Virus record (IMG/VR): IMGVR_UViG_3300028840_002963
Coordinates: 1 to 37,686 of that record
Source: a virus
Taxonomy: Duplodnaviria > Caudoviricetes
Reading direction: 5' to 3' (one strand)
Length of the DNA: 37,686 nucleotides
Made by a program: the position numbers and the translations under genes
The notes under the pieces: generated by a model
Databases searched by the model: none
What the model was told of the DNA's origin: nothing
The model's input: the letters and a program-made list of their open reading frames with translations, nothing else
In this document: piece after piece, positions 1 through 9,557 of the stretch
Position numbering within the stretch: position 1 is the stretch's first letter
Layout of the letters: each line of letters opens with the position of its first letter

Positions 1-74
1 ACCGAAAAAGGCGGTAATGTGTTGGGATAATGTCATCTGTAGTAAAATCTGAGTAGCACCCGCACACACAATGG

Positions 75-2192
75 ATGACTTCATCGACGGCGACAAAGAC
101 GCCAAAGCGAAAACGTGGGCGACCACGGAGCGAGGCGCCGACCGCTGCTGAGTACCTGACCACTCAGCGTGGTAGAGGCGATCGCCGCCGCGCCCTCACC
201 CTGGTTGGCCAGGACATCGGCCCGATCCCGCCTGTCGAGAATCCCCGCCGGCGCGCCCGCGCCATAAAGTCCTTTCCCTACTTCTGCCGCACCCACCTGA
301 AGGCCGCCTTTTTCTTGCCCTGGGCCGATTACCACAAACGCGCCGCTGCCACGATTCAGACCGCCGTCCTTTTCGGTGGCCTGTTCGCCTTTGCCATGCC
401 GCGCGGGTCCGGGAAGACCACGCTTTCCGAAGCCGCCGCCATCTGGGCCGCCATCTGCGGCCATTCCCTCTACTCGACCATCATCGGACCGAGTGAAACG
501 GCCGGCGAGCAGCGGCTCCGCAACATCAAAACCAGCCTTTCGACCAACGACCTGCTCCTGGCCGACTTCCCCGAGGTCATTTACCCGATTCGCTGCCTCG
601 AGAACTCCTCCCGCCGCGCCGAAGGCCAGCGCCAGGCCGGAGCACGTACGGCGATTGCCTGGCAAACCCGCCGCATTGTTTTGCCGACCATCCTGGACGC
701 CACCGGCAAACCCTATCCCGCCTCCGGCGCCGTCATCACCGCCTACGGTCTGACCGGCGAACTCCGCGGCCTCAACCACCAACTCCAGGACGGCACCGTC
801 GTCCGGCCGCAGCTCGCCGTTTGCGACGACCCGCAAACTCGAGAGTCCGCACGCTCACCAAGCCAAAGCCACTACCGTGAGCGGGTCCTGGCCGGAGACA
901 TCGCCTATCTGGCCGGCCCCACCAAGCCAATCGCGGTTGTCATGCCATGCACCGTCATCTACCCCGACGACATGGCCGACCGAATGCTCGATCGGGAAAA
1001 ACACCCCGAATGGCAAGGGCACCGGACCCAAATGGTCGACTCATTCCCGGACGACCTCGAACTCTGGGACCAGTACGCCGACATCCAACGCCACGCACTG
1101 CGCACCGAACAGGGACCCGGCCAGGCCAACGCCTTCTACAAGAAACACCGCCGCAAAATGGACGCCGGCGCCAAAGTCACCTGGAAGCACCGGCACTTGC
1201 CGACCGAACTAAGCGCCGTTCAACATGCCATGAACCTGAAAATCCGCGACGAGGCCGCCTTCTGGGCCGAAGCGCAGAACCAACCGCAACGCGAAGAGGC
1301 CGACCTCGCCATCCTGACGGCCCCCGAGATCGCCACGAAGGTTTCCGGCTTCCCGCGGCGCCAGTTCCCGACCCCTTGCGACCGGTTGACCGCCTTCGTC
1401 GACGTCCAGGGCAAACTCCTCTACTGGCTCGTCGCCGCCTGGGAACACGGCTTCACCGGATACATCCTCGATTATGGCTCCTGGCCGCCGCAAAAACGCA
1501 GCTACTACACCCTCGCCGATGCGCGCCAGACGCTCAAACGCCGCTACCCCGGCACCGACGACGAGGCCGCCATCTTCGCCGGCATCCAGGAACTCGTCGC
1601 CACGCTCGCCGGCCACGACTACCGACGCGACGACGGCGCCACGCTCCGGCTCAGCCGTCTGATGGTCGACGCCAACTGGGGAGGCACGTCCGCGCTGGTC
1701 AATTCCGCACTCCGCCAGTCCCCGCACGCCGGCATCCTCTCGCCATCGTACGGTCGCGGCATCAAAGCCAGCGGCGCCCCCATCTCGCAGTGGCAGCAAT
1801 CCAGAGGGAAACCCTACGGACCCGAGTGGGTTCCAACCAAGGCCAAGGGCCGTCATCTCGTCGGCATCGTCTACGACACCAACTACTGGAAAAAACGCTT
1901 CCACGACGCCCTCGCCCTCCCCCTTGGCACCCGCGCGGCCGTGCATCTCTACCACCACAAAAACGCGGCGCAACACCACCAAATGATCGCCGACCACCTC
2001 GCCGCCGAAGTGCCTAAGAAAACCGCGCACGGAAAACGCACCGTCTACGAATGGTCCGCCAAGCCCGGCCAGGATAACCACCTCCTCGACTGCGCCGTCG
2101 GCGCCATGGTCGCCGCTTCCGTCGCCGGCATCTCCAACACAGCCGCCAAACCATCGCCAGCACGTCCCCGCAAACGCGTCAAATACCTATAA
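75..2192 (+). CDS. Terminase large subunit (C-terminal lambda GpA-like nuclease domain)
   Basis: Walker A MPRGSGKTT, Walker B VCDDPQ, nuclease motifs FVDVQ and NHLLDC; located upstream of the portal. Confidence 0.92.
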   Translation: MTSSTATKTPKRKRGRPRSEAPTAAEYLTTQRGRGDRRRALTLVGQDIGPIPPVENPRRRARAIKSFPYFCRTHLKAAFFLPWADYHKRAAATIQTAVLFGGLFAFAMPRGSGKTTLSEAAAIWAAICGHSLYSTIIGPSETAGEQRLRNIKTSLSTNDLLLADFPEVIYPIRCLENSSRRAEGQRQAGARTAIAWQTRRIVLPTILDATGKPYPASGAVITAYGLTGELRGLNHQLQDGTVVRPQLAVCDDPQTRESARSPSQSHYRERVLAGDIAYLAGPTKPIAVVMPCTVIYPDDMADRMLDREKHPEWQGHRTQMVDSFPDDLELWDQYADIQRHALRTEQGPGQANAFYKKHRRKMDAGAKVTWKHRHLPTELSAVQHAMNLKIRDEAAFWAEAQNQPQREEADLAILTAPEIATKVSGFPRRQFPTPCDRLTAFVDVQGKLLYWLVAAWEHGFTGYILDYGSWPPQKRSYYTLADARQTLKRRYPGTDDEAAIFAGIQELVATLAGHDYRRDDGATLRLSRLMVDANWGGTSALVNSALRQSPHAGILSPSYGRGIKASGAPISQWQQSRGKPYGPEWVPTKAKGRHLVGIVYDTNYWKKRFHDALALPLGTRAAVHLYHHKNAAQHHQMIADHLAAEVPKKTAHGKRTVYEWSAKPGQDNHLLDCAVGAMVAASVAGISNTAAKPSPARPRKRVKYL

Positions 2193-2206
2193 GCACGAGG
2201 CCTGCC

Positions 2207-2518
2207 ATGACGACCAAGACCACCAAGAAAAAACGCTGCCCCGGTCGACCCAAAGGCGCCCGCAACCGCCGCTATTACCACGCCGTCGCCATCCCCGCCG
2301 CCTGTCCCTGCGGCAACACCGATTTGAAAATCATTCCCGGCTCGGCGTCTCGCCACCGCGAACTCCACGGCACCCTACCGACCGGTCAGCCCTACCACGC
2401 GATCACTTGGCGCCGGAAGTATTGTCCGAAATGTCGCCGCAACCTCTTCGTCCGCGAATTTCACGTCCGCAACACCGTCAAACCCGACCCCGACGCAAAC
2501 GAAAACTACGTCGCGTAG
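2207..2518 (+). CDS. Basic hypothetical protein with a zinc-ribbon-like Cys pattern
   Basis: GRPKGARN basic motif, CPCG and CPKC; GAGG RBS; fits between the terminase and the gpW-like gene. Confidence 0.65.
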   Translation: MTTKTTKKKRCPGRPKGARNRRYYHAVAIPAACPCGNTDLKIIPGSASRHRELHGTLPTGQPYHAITWRRKYCPKCRRNLFVREFHVRNTVKPDPDANENYVA

Positions 2519-2564
2519 TTTCCCTGCTCGCCGGTCTGTCCAATCCCCTCGCTAATAAGAGGGT

Positions 2565-2774
2565 ATGGCTGACCGTAGCACCGAAATCGCCGACCTCGAG
2601 GCCGCTCTCAATGCGGCCGTCGAGTCCGTCACGACCGACGGAACCACCACGCGCATCAATCTTGCCGCCGCGCGCAAACGGCTCGCCGACCTGAAGGCCG
2701 ACGACGACGCCTCGATTGCAGCCGGGACCACTCGACCCCGAATTTCCCGCCTCAAGCTCGGAGGGTGTTTCTAA
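2565..2774 (+). CDS. Head-tail joining protein (gpW-like)
   Basis: 69 aa helix-hairpin-helix pattern (ESVTTDGTTTR) directly before the portal; its stop overlaps the portal ATG. Confidence 0.65.
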   Translation: MADRSTEIADLEAALNAAVESVTTDGTTTRINLAAARKRLADLKADDDASIAAGTTRPRISRLKLGGCF

Positions 2775-4213
2775 TGCCCTCCTTTGCCCGCATCGTCCGC
2801 GCCGCCAGCCGCGCCTTCGGCTATGACGCCGTCGAGTCCAGCGGACGGCGCCGCGCGCCCAAGACCAAGACGCTCGACGAGGACCGGCAGCTCACCGCAC
2901 GCAAGCGCCGGATCCTCTCCGCCACGACCCGCGACGCCGCCCGCAACTTCGCTATCGCCGCCTGGGCCATCCGCAAACACCTCGACTACGTCTCCACGTT
3001 CAAGTTCCAGGCCAAAACCCCCGACCGTCCCTTCAACGCCGCCCTTGAACTCGTCCTCGAGGACCTCGGCAAGCCGCACAACTTCGAGCTTACCCGCCGC
3101 CACCCACTACGCCGCGCCGTCCGGCTGACCGAAGCCTGCCGCGTCAAAGACGGTGACGTCCTTTGGGTCAAATTTGCCCCAGCCGCTGGCCTCAACCGCG
3201 GCAAGGTCCAGGTCATCGAAGGTGACCGCATCGTCGATCCGCCCAACCTAAATCGCCGCGAACGAGAGGAATGGCGCAACGGTCTTCGACTCAGCCCAGC
3301 CGGCATTACACGTGACTACGGCATCAGCTATCGAGACCAGTCCGGCACCGGATTCACTCGCCACCGCCAAATTCCTGCCGGCAACGCCTTCCTCCACGCC
3401 TTCTATGATCGGTTCGACCAAGGCCGAGGCATCTCCCCCGTCGCCGCCGCCCTCAACTGGTTCCAGGACACTTATGAAGGCTTCGAGTACGGTCTAGCAA
3501 AAGCCAAAGTGGCGCAGCTCTTCGGCCTCAAGATCACCCGCGACGGCGACACGCCATTCCACGGTCCCGGTACCGCCACCCCCACCGTCGACGCCAACAG
3601 CGACGGCGTGGAGGACAGCGGCTATGAAGTCGATCTCGGCAAAGGTCCGTTCCAACTCGATTTGAACCCCGGCGACGACGCCGAGTTCCTTGAGAGCAAG
3701 ACGCCAAGCGCCGAAACCGTCGACTTTTTGAAGCTCATGGTGGCAGTCGCGCTCAAATCGCTCGACATCCCCTTCAGCTTCTTCGACGAATCCTTCACGA
3801 ATTTCTACGGTAGCCGCGGCGGTCTGATTCAATACCAAAAATCCTGCCGCACCAAAATCGCTGACATCCAGGAACTACTCAACGCCTGGACCGCCTGGCG
3901 TCTCGGTCTGATGGTCGCCGACGGTTCGCTCCAGCTTCCGCCAGGCCAGCTCTTCGACTTCCTCACCTGGGAATGGGTCCCCGACGGCGTCCCATGGTGG
4001 GACCCCACGAAAGAAGTCCGCGGCTCCGCCATGGCCGTCGCCGCCGCCTTCGACAACCCGCAGCGTGTTTGCCGCGAGGTTGGGACCGACGTCTTTGAAA
4101 ACATCGACAAGACCGCAGAGGTGCTGGACTACGCCCGCGAAAAAGGCGTCCCCATCACCTTCGCCGACGCCACCGCATTTCAACCCGAAATCACCACCGC
4201 AACCGAGGACTAA
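2774..4213 (+). CDS. Portal protein, lambda family
   Basis: RDAARN, DGDVL, DQGRGISP, TNFYGSRG and WWDPTKE motifs; ~480 aa; start set to ATG 2774. Confidence 0.9.
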   Translation: MPSFARIVRAASRAFGYDAVESSGRRRAPKTKTLDEDRQLTARKRRILSATTRDAARNFAIAAWAIRKHLDYVSTFKFQAKTPDRPFNAALELVLEDLGKPHNFELTRRHPLRRAVRLTEACRVKDGDVLWVKFAPAAGLNRGKVQVIEGDRIVDPPNLNRREREEWRNGLRLSPAGITRDYGISYRDQSGTGFTRHRQIPAGNAFLHAFYDRFDQGRGISPVAAALNWFQDTYEGFEYGLAKAKVAQLFGLKITRDGDTPFHGPGTATPTVDANSDGVEDSGYEVDLGKGPFQLDLNPGDDAEFLESKTPSAETVDFLKLMVAVALKSLDIPFSFFDESFTNFYGSRGGLIQYQKSCRTKIADIQELLNAWTAWRLGLMVADGSLQLPPGQLFDFLTWEWVPDGVPWWDPTKEVRGSAMAVAAAFDNPQRVCREVGTDVFENIDKTAEVLDYAREKGVPITFADATAFQPEITTATED

Positions 4214-4219
4214 CCACCC

Positions 4220-4801
4220 ATGGCCAGCCACCTAATCCCCGACGACTTCATCCAAAAAGGTGACCACCACCAGCTATTCGACCAGCCGTACTATCTGAAC
4301 CTCGCCGACTTCCGCGTCCACGATGCCCCGCACACCCTCCTGGGCAACACCGGTGCCACAGACGACCTAGGAATTTTCGACGGCACCTATGGTACCCAGG
4401 GCATCACGCTCCAGTCTGAGGACATGGGGGAGGCCGGCGCTGTTGTCTACTACGGCCGGTCATTCTTCACGCTCCCGCCTGAATACGTCGACGCCTCGCC
4501 TGTTACGGTCCGCGTCCACTGTGGCGTATTGACCGCGGTTTGCGACCAGTCCGCCGCCGTCGACTTGAACGTCTACATCGACGACCGCGAGAACGCCGAA
4601 GGCAGCGACCTCTACACAGGCGACGCCGTCTCGTGCAACTCGACGACCCTGGCCGACAAAGACTTCGACCTCACCAGCACCGACCTATTGCCCGGTTCCC
4701 TCCTCGACCTCCGCGTCGCGCTCTGGCTGGACGACGACTCCACTGCCGTGACCTCCGGCATCATCACGTCGGTGGCCTTGCTCCTCAACACCCGCGGCTA
4801 A
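4220..4801 (+). CDS. Hypothetical acidic beta-rich virion protein (contains the CRISPR self-target)
   Basis: Clean ORF with phage-like codon usage between portal and protease; 4700-4737 matches spacer 14. Confidence 0.75.
   Translation: MASHLIPDDFIQKGDHHQLFDQPYYLNLADFRVHDAPHTLLGNTGATDDLGIFDGTYGTQGITLQSEDMGEAGAVVYYGRSFFTLPPEYVDASPVTVRVHCGVLTAVCDQSAAVDLNVYIDDRENAEGSDLYTGDAVSCNSTTLADKDFDLTSTDLLPGSLLDLRVALWLDDDSTAVTSGIITSVALLLNTRG
4700..4737 (-). other. Protospacer of CRISPR spacer 14 (perfect self-target)
   Basis: CTCCTCGACCTCCGCGTCGCGCTCTGGCTGGACGACGA is the exact reverse complement of 21429-21466. Confidence 0.97.
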
Positions 4802-4806
4802 TCGAC

Positions 4807-5988
4807 ATGACCGACACCACGATTCTCCAACATCGTCCGCGTCGATTCCGTGCGCCGGTTGCGCGCGGCAGCAAACCCGCCATCGACCGCGCTGGTGGCT
4901 ACCGTGGCGCCGGCATCATCCGCAACGCATCCATCGTTACGGCCGGCGAAGCCAAAGGCCACGGCTTCTGGCTCGATTCCGACTTTCTTGACTCCGTCGC
5001 CGAGGCCGTCAACCGACCCAACAAAGGCGTCAAGGTGCGATTCACGCACCCGTCTCTGTCCGGCGACGGTCTCGGAACCTTCCTCGGCCGCGCCATGAGT
5101 GCTGAACGTGATGGCGAGCAAGTTATTGCCGACATCCATTTCTCCGAGGCTGGCCACAAAACGCCCGACGGTGATCTCGCGGAGTACGTCATGGACCTCG
5201 CCGCCGAGGACCCCGAGGCCTTCGGCGTCTCTATCGTGTTCGATCCCGACTACGGCGCGGAGGATAGATTCAGTGCAGACCACGAAGACGAAAATGGCAT
5301 CTTCCGCTCTCCCGATCCTGCCAATGTCGACAACCTCCCGCATGCTCGTCTTGCCGTTCTGCGTGCCGCCGACGTCGTCGACTCGCCGGCGGCTAACCCG
5401 GACGGACTCTTCCACCGCGGCGCAGACATCGCCCAAGAGGCCGACGCGCTCGCATCCTACGCGCTTGGCTTGACGGATACTCGCCCTACCACCGCCACCC
5501 TCAGCGTTGACCCCGACCGACTCCATCAATTCGTCGCGCGATTCCTCGCCGACCACGACCTCATCCTCACTCCTGCCACCAAGGACCACGCACCCATGAC
5601 CGACACGACCGAACCGAAAGCCCCCGCCCCAACGAACGACACCAACGAAGACGTCGCGCTCGCCAACGACGCACAACCGACCGAACTCGAAACGCCGACC
5701 GCGCCCCAACCGACACCCGCTCCCGAACCGGTCGCCGATTCCACCACAACCCACACCGGCGCCGAATACCTCAGCAAATGGGGACCCGACGGCGCCGTCT
5801 GGTTTGTCCAAGGCAAGTCATGGGAAGAGGCGCACGACCTCCACGCCCAGAAGCTCGCCCAGGAAAACGAAAAATTGACGCAACGCCTGTCCGTTCCGCA
5901 GACGGACCAAGGCGAAGTCGAACCCATCCCTTCTGCGGCTCCACGTAAAAAGGGCTTTGCCGCACGCATCCGCATCGCCGGACGCTAA
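4807..5988 (+). CDS. Prohead protease with a C-terminal scaffold-like region
   Basis: GEAKGHG, RFTH, GVSIVF and DVVDSPAANPDGLF motifs; P/T/E-rich linker and helical tail; precedes the capsid gene. Start moved from 4540 to ATG 4807. Confidence 0.75.
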   Translation: MTDTTILQHRPRRFRAPVARGSKPAIDRAGGYRGAGIIRNASIVTAGEAKGHGFWLDSDFLDSVAEAVNRPNKGVKVRFTHPSLSGDGLGTFLGRAMSAERDGEQVIADIHFSEAGHKTPDGDLAEYVMDLAAEDPEAFGVSIVFDPDYGAEDRFSADHEDENGIFRSPDPANVDNLPHARLAVLRAADVVDSPAANPDGLFHRGADIAQEADALASYALGLTDTRPTTATLSVDPDRLHQFVARFLADHDLILTPATKDHAPMTDTTEPKAPAPTNDTNEDVALANDAQPTELETPTAPQPTPAPEPVADSTTTHTGAEYLSKWGPDGAVWFVQGKSWEEAHDLHAQKLAQENEKLTQRLSVPQTDQGEVEPIPSAAPRKKGFAARIRIAGR

Positions 5989-6062
5989 TCAGCAGCGTCG
6001 TACGCAAAACCCACCCTCCCACCTATCACTCATCTTGAATCAGCATCTAAGGACCAAGAACA

Positions 6063-7016
6063 ATGGCCGACGACATTCTCGCCTCCACTGACAATGTGGC
6101 GGATGCACTGGATTTATCCGGTGCCGAAATATCGAACTTATTGAACGGCGCGCCGCTCGTTGCCCGACTCCCCGCGATCGAAAGCAGCAACGGCACGACG
6201 CACAAGTACATCAACGAAACGGGCGCCCCGACCGTCGGCTGGCGTGCCGAAAACACCGGCCGCGAATTCGACCACTCGACCGACACCGTCGTCACCGAGA
6301 CCCTCACCATCATGGATTTTTCATGGGGTGTCGACAAAGCGGTCGCCGACGCGTGGCGACGTGGTGGGCCTGAGGCCCTCATCGCTCGCGAGGGTGCACG
6401 TCACCTCCGCGCGGCGCTCTACGCCTACGAAGTCCAGCTCATCAACGGCACCGTCACGCAAAACGGTGGCTCGGCTTCCGGCTTCGCCGGCCTCTGCGAT
6501 GAAGCGACCCTCGACAAAACCGGCGACACCATGGTCACAGACGCCGGTGGCACCACCGCCACGACCGGGTCCAGTGTGTGGCTAATGAACGTCGGCGACC
6601 TCGGCGTCCAAGCAGTCTACAAGGGCGACGGTGACCCGCTCGAACTGGGCGAGACCATCGTCCAAGACTTCTGCGAAGCCGACGCACACTATCCGATCTA
6701 CTATACGCCGGCCTGTGCGTGGCTAGGCATCCAGATCGGTGGTGCTTACACGGTAGGGCGCATCTGCAACCTGACCGAGGATGCCGGCTGCGGCCTCACG
6801 GATGACCTGATCTATGAGTCGCTCGCCAACTTCCCGGCCGATCGCAACCCGAACCTGATCGTCATGAACCGCCGCTCCATGCGTCAGCTCCGTGACAGTC
6901 GGACCGCAACCAACGCCACGGGTGCCCCCGCGCCCCGGCCCACCGAGGTCGATGGCATCCCGATAATCGTCACCGACGCAATCTCCAACGTGGAGGCCAT
7001 CGTCGCCGCTTCCTGA
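6063..7016 (+). CDS. Major capsid protein
   Basis: 317 aa; PTVGWRAEN, IVMNRRS and GIPIIVTDAI pattern of HK97-fold capsids; AAGGA RBS. Confidence 0.88.
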   Translation: MADDILASTDNVADALDLSGAEISNLLNGAPLVARLPAIESSNGTTHKYINETGAPTVGWRAENTGREFDHSTDTVVTETLTIMDFSWGVDKAVADAWRRGGPEALIAREGARHLRAALYAYEVQLINGTVTQNGGSASGFAGLCDEATLDKTGDTMVTDAGGTTATTGSSVWLMNVGDLGVQAVYKGDGDPLELGETIVQDFCEADAHYPIYYTPACAWLGIQIGGAYTVGRICNLTEDAGCGLTDDLIYESLANFPADRNPNLIVMNRRSMRQLRDSRTATNATGAPAPRPTEVDGIPIIVTDAISNVEAIVAAS

Positions 7017-7019
7017 CCT

Positions 7020-7388
7020 ATGACCCTGCAAGCACGCGCGCTGGCACGTCACAGCGCCAACCTAAACGCAACCGCTGGGGTGGCCGTCAGCTACTCCCAA
7101 GGCCTCACCACCATTGACGACCTGACGGCCACCCCTTCCCAAACCACTCGGCTGGCCATCGACGACGAAGGCGCCGAGACGCTCGTCAACTCCACCGACT
7201 GGCTAGTCCTCGCCTCCGACCTCGAAGGTCTCAGCCCCAACCGTCACGACATCATCGAATACACCGACGACGACGACGTTGTCCACACTTACGAAGTCTT
7301 GCCAATCGTTGGCGAAGACGTGTTCCACCGCGCCGACCCGCTCGGCGTGATTTTGCGCATCCACTCGAAACTCGTTAGCCAGGCCTGA
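7020..7388 (+). CDS. Head-tail adaptor/closure protein
   Basis: Size, position after the capsid gene, C-terminal DPLGVILRIHSK motif. Confidence 0.65.
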   Translation: MTLQARALARHSANLNATAGVAVSYSQGLTTIDDLTATPSQTTRLAIDDEGAETLVNSTDWLVLASDLEGLSPNRHDIIEYTDDDDVVHTYEVLPIVGEDVFHRADPLGVILRIHSKLVSQA

Positions 7389-7391
7389 CCC

Positions 7392-7829
7392 ATGGGCGCC
7401 GAACACGTCGACCTCGCCGACGCCGTCAAGACCTTCCTCAACGGGGAAAGCTATTCCCAGGAATTCACCGCCACTCGGCGCTATACGCCAATTACCAGCG
7501 CCCAAGACCTCGCCGATCTGACGGTCACGGTTTATCCCGGCACCCGCCGCTCCGTGGTCCTTACCCGCGGCACCCGCCAGAAATTCCACACCGTCCACGT
7601 CGCCGTCCAGCAGAAGCTCGCCCACACCAGCGAAGCCAACGCCAAAACCGAGGCCGACGCGCTCGTCCTCTTGATGGAAGAAATCGGCGACAGCCTCGAA
7701 GGCCAAACTCAGGATAGTAAACACTTCCGAACCATCAACGAAAACCAACACTCCCCACTATTCAACAGCGAGGCACTCCGCGAGGCCGGAGTTTTTTCGT
7801 CCGTCATCACGCTCGAATATTCCGAATGA
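7392..7829 (+). CDS. Putative tail terminator/neck protein
   Basis: Synteny and size; ATGA overlap with the next gene. Confidence 0.55.
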   Translation: MGAEHVDLADAVKTFLNGESYSQEFTATRRYTPITSAQDLADLTVTVYPGTRRSVVLTRGTRQKFHTVHVAVQQKLAHTSEANAKTEADALVLLMEEIGDSLEGQTQDSKHFRTINENQHSPLFNSEALREAGVFSSVITLEYSE

Positions 7830-8293
7830 TTTTGCCCAACATCACGCCCGGTACCATGTTCTTCGACAAGGCGCCGGTTATACGCGCCGTCAACGCCGCC
7901 CACCGCCGCAATCTCGCCCGTGCGGGCGCACTCGTTCGGGTCACCGCTCGGCGCAGCATCCGCAAGCGAAAGAAGACCAGCCAGCCCGGCCAGCCGCCGT
8001 CCAGCCACACCGGCCATCTCCGCAACCTCATATTCTTCGGCTACGACCAGGCCCACCGCACCGTCGTCGTCGGTCCGCGTCCCTACAAGCAGCGAGGCAA
8101 CCGCCAAACCGGCGCCCAAGTCCTCGAATACGGCGGCCGCATCCGCGCCCGCCGCTGGCAGGCCGCCCGGCGTGGCCAGCGCGCCGGCTGGCAAAACCAA
8201 ATCTGGAACTATCGCCCCCGACCCTACATGCGCCCCGCACTCGCCAAGACCCAAGACCAGATTGCCGAAATCTGGCGCGACTCCGTCAAGTAA
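7826..8293 (+). CDS. Tail completion/neck protein (HK97 gp10-like)
   Basis: SQPGQPPSSHTGHLR, LEYGG and RPRPYMRPAL motifs. Confidence 0.75.
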   Translation: MILPNITPGTMFFDKAPVIRAVNAAHRRNLARAGALVRVTARRSIRKRKKTSQPGQPPSSHTGHLRNLIFFGYDQAHRTVVVGPRPYKQRGNRQTGAQVLEYGGRIRARRWQAARRGQRAGWQNQIWNYRPRPYMRPALAKTQDQIAEIWRDSVK

Positions 8294-8329
8294 CCACACC
8301 AACGATACGCACCCCCGGAGGTATCAACT

Positions 8330-8785
8330 ATGGCATATGTCCTCGGAATGAATGCCAAGCTGTACAGATGCGCCACGCTCATCAATGACAGCGACAACAC
8401 CCCGGCCCTCGCAACCTGGATCCTCATCGGTAACGTGCGTGACCTCACGCTCAACCTTGAGACCGGCGAGGCCGACATCACGACCCGCGGCAACGACGGA
8501 TGGCGACAAACCGCCGCCACGCTCAAGGACGGCTCCCTCGAATTCGAGATGGTCTGGGATCCGGGCGACGCTGCCTTTACAGCGGTCCAAACCGCCTGGG
8601 ATACGCCGACAGAAATCGGCATCGCCGCATTGGACGGCGCTGAAGATGCGGCAGGGTCCCAAGGCCTCGCCGGCAATTTCAGCGTCACCAACTTCACCCG
8701 GACCGAACCGCTCGAAGAGGCATTGATTGCCGCGGTGACCCTCAAACCCAGCTCCTACAACACCTGGTACACCGTTTCCGCCTAA
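8330..8785 (+). CDS. Major tail tube protein
   Basis: 151 aa; DITTRGNDGWR and LEFEMVWDPGD; GGAGG RBS; precedes the chaperone and tape measure genes. Confidence 0.85.
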   Translation: MAYVLGMNAKLYRCATLINDSDNTPALATWILIGNVRDLTLNLETGEADITTRGNDGWRQTAATLKDGSLEFEMVWDPGDAAFTAVQTAWDTPTEIGIAALDGAEDAAGSQGLAGNFSVTNFTRTEPLEEALIAAVTLKPSSYNTWYTVSA

Positions 8786-8790
8786 ACCGC

Positions 8791-9354
8791 ATGGCCGAAC
8801 AGCCGACACCGCAGCGCTTTACCGATCGCGTCGGTCGTGACTGGTTGGTCGATATCAACTACACGACCATTGTGGCCGTTCGACGCGCGCTCGACGTCGA
8901 CCTCCTCGACATTGGCAACCCCGACGGAAAGCTACTGTCAACGCTGTTCGACGATCCGATCACGCGCGTCGCTGTCCTGTACGTCCTGTGCAGCGACCAG
9001 GCCGCGTCGAGGCAAATTACCGAAGAGGACTTCGGGCGTGCCATGGCCGGCGATGCCATCCTAGCGGCCACTGAGGCGTTGCTCAACTCGCTCATAGATT
9101 TTTTCCCGGACCCCCGGAGGCGGGACAACCTCCGGGGGCTCATCAAAAAGATTCGGACCGCCGAGACGCTCATGCTTCAGCTCGGCAAGGACAAGCTCGA
9201 CCAAATCGACCCGGCTACAGTAGCCAACGAGTCCATAGCCTCATCTGGCAGCTCGCCGGAATCCTCGGCCTCCACCCCGGCCCCTTCACCCTCCGCCAAC
9301 TCACCTGGATGGCCGAGGGACGCCGCCGCAACGAGTGGGAGCACACCGCCCTGA
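8791..9354 (+). CDS. Tail assembly chaperone (G-like)
   Basis: Between tail tube and tape measure genes; contains the slippery site encoding DFFP. Confidence 0.8.
   Translation: MAEQPTPQRFTDRVGRDWLVDINYTTIVAVRRALDVDLLDIGNPDGKLLSTLFDDPITRVAVLYVLCSDQAASRQITEEDFGRAMAGDAILAATEALLNSLIDFFPDPRRRDNLRGLIKKIRTAETLMLQLGKDKLDQIDPATVANESIASSGSSPESSASTPAPSPSANSPGWPRDAAATSGSTPP
9099..9138 (+). promoter_or_regulatory. Programmed -1 ribosomal frameshift signal
   Basis: In-frame T TTT TTC (9099-9105), 5-nt spacer, perfect 10-bp stem CCCCCGGAGG (9111-9120)/CCTCCGGGGG (9129-9138). Confidence 0.85.
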
Positions 9355-9557
9355 TAGCCGCCCAGTTTGCGGAGGCCCACCGCGACAAGAAGAAACGCGC
9401 CAAGCCGTTCCGATTCGACGATTTTTACCCCTTCAAAATCGACCGGCCACGACACGCCAACACCCCGAAGGGCGACATTACCGCGTTGAAAGCCCTTCTC
9501 CGCGTACCACGCACAGCACCCGATTATGGCCGCAGCGCAAGGAATTCGAGCAGGTAA
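9105..9557 (+). CDS. Tail assembly chaperone frameshift extension (T part of G-T)
   Basis: The -1 frame is open from 9075 to 9557 and reads WQLAGILGLHPGPFTLRQLTWMAEGRR upstream of the ORF-track start at 9309. Confidence 0.75.
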   Translation, partial: PGPPEAGQPPGAHQKDSDRRDAHASARQGQARPNRPGYSSQRVHSLIWQLAGILGLHPGPFTLRQLTWMAEGRRRNEWEHTALIAAQFAEAHRDKKKRAKPFRFDDFYPFKIDRPRHANTPKGDITALKALLRVPRTAPDYGRSARNSSR

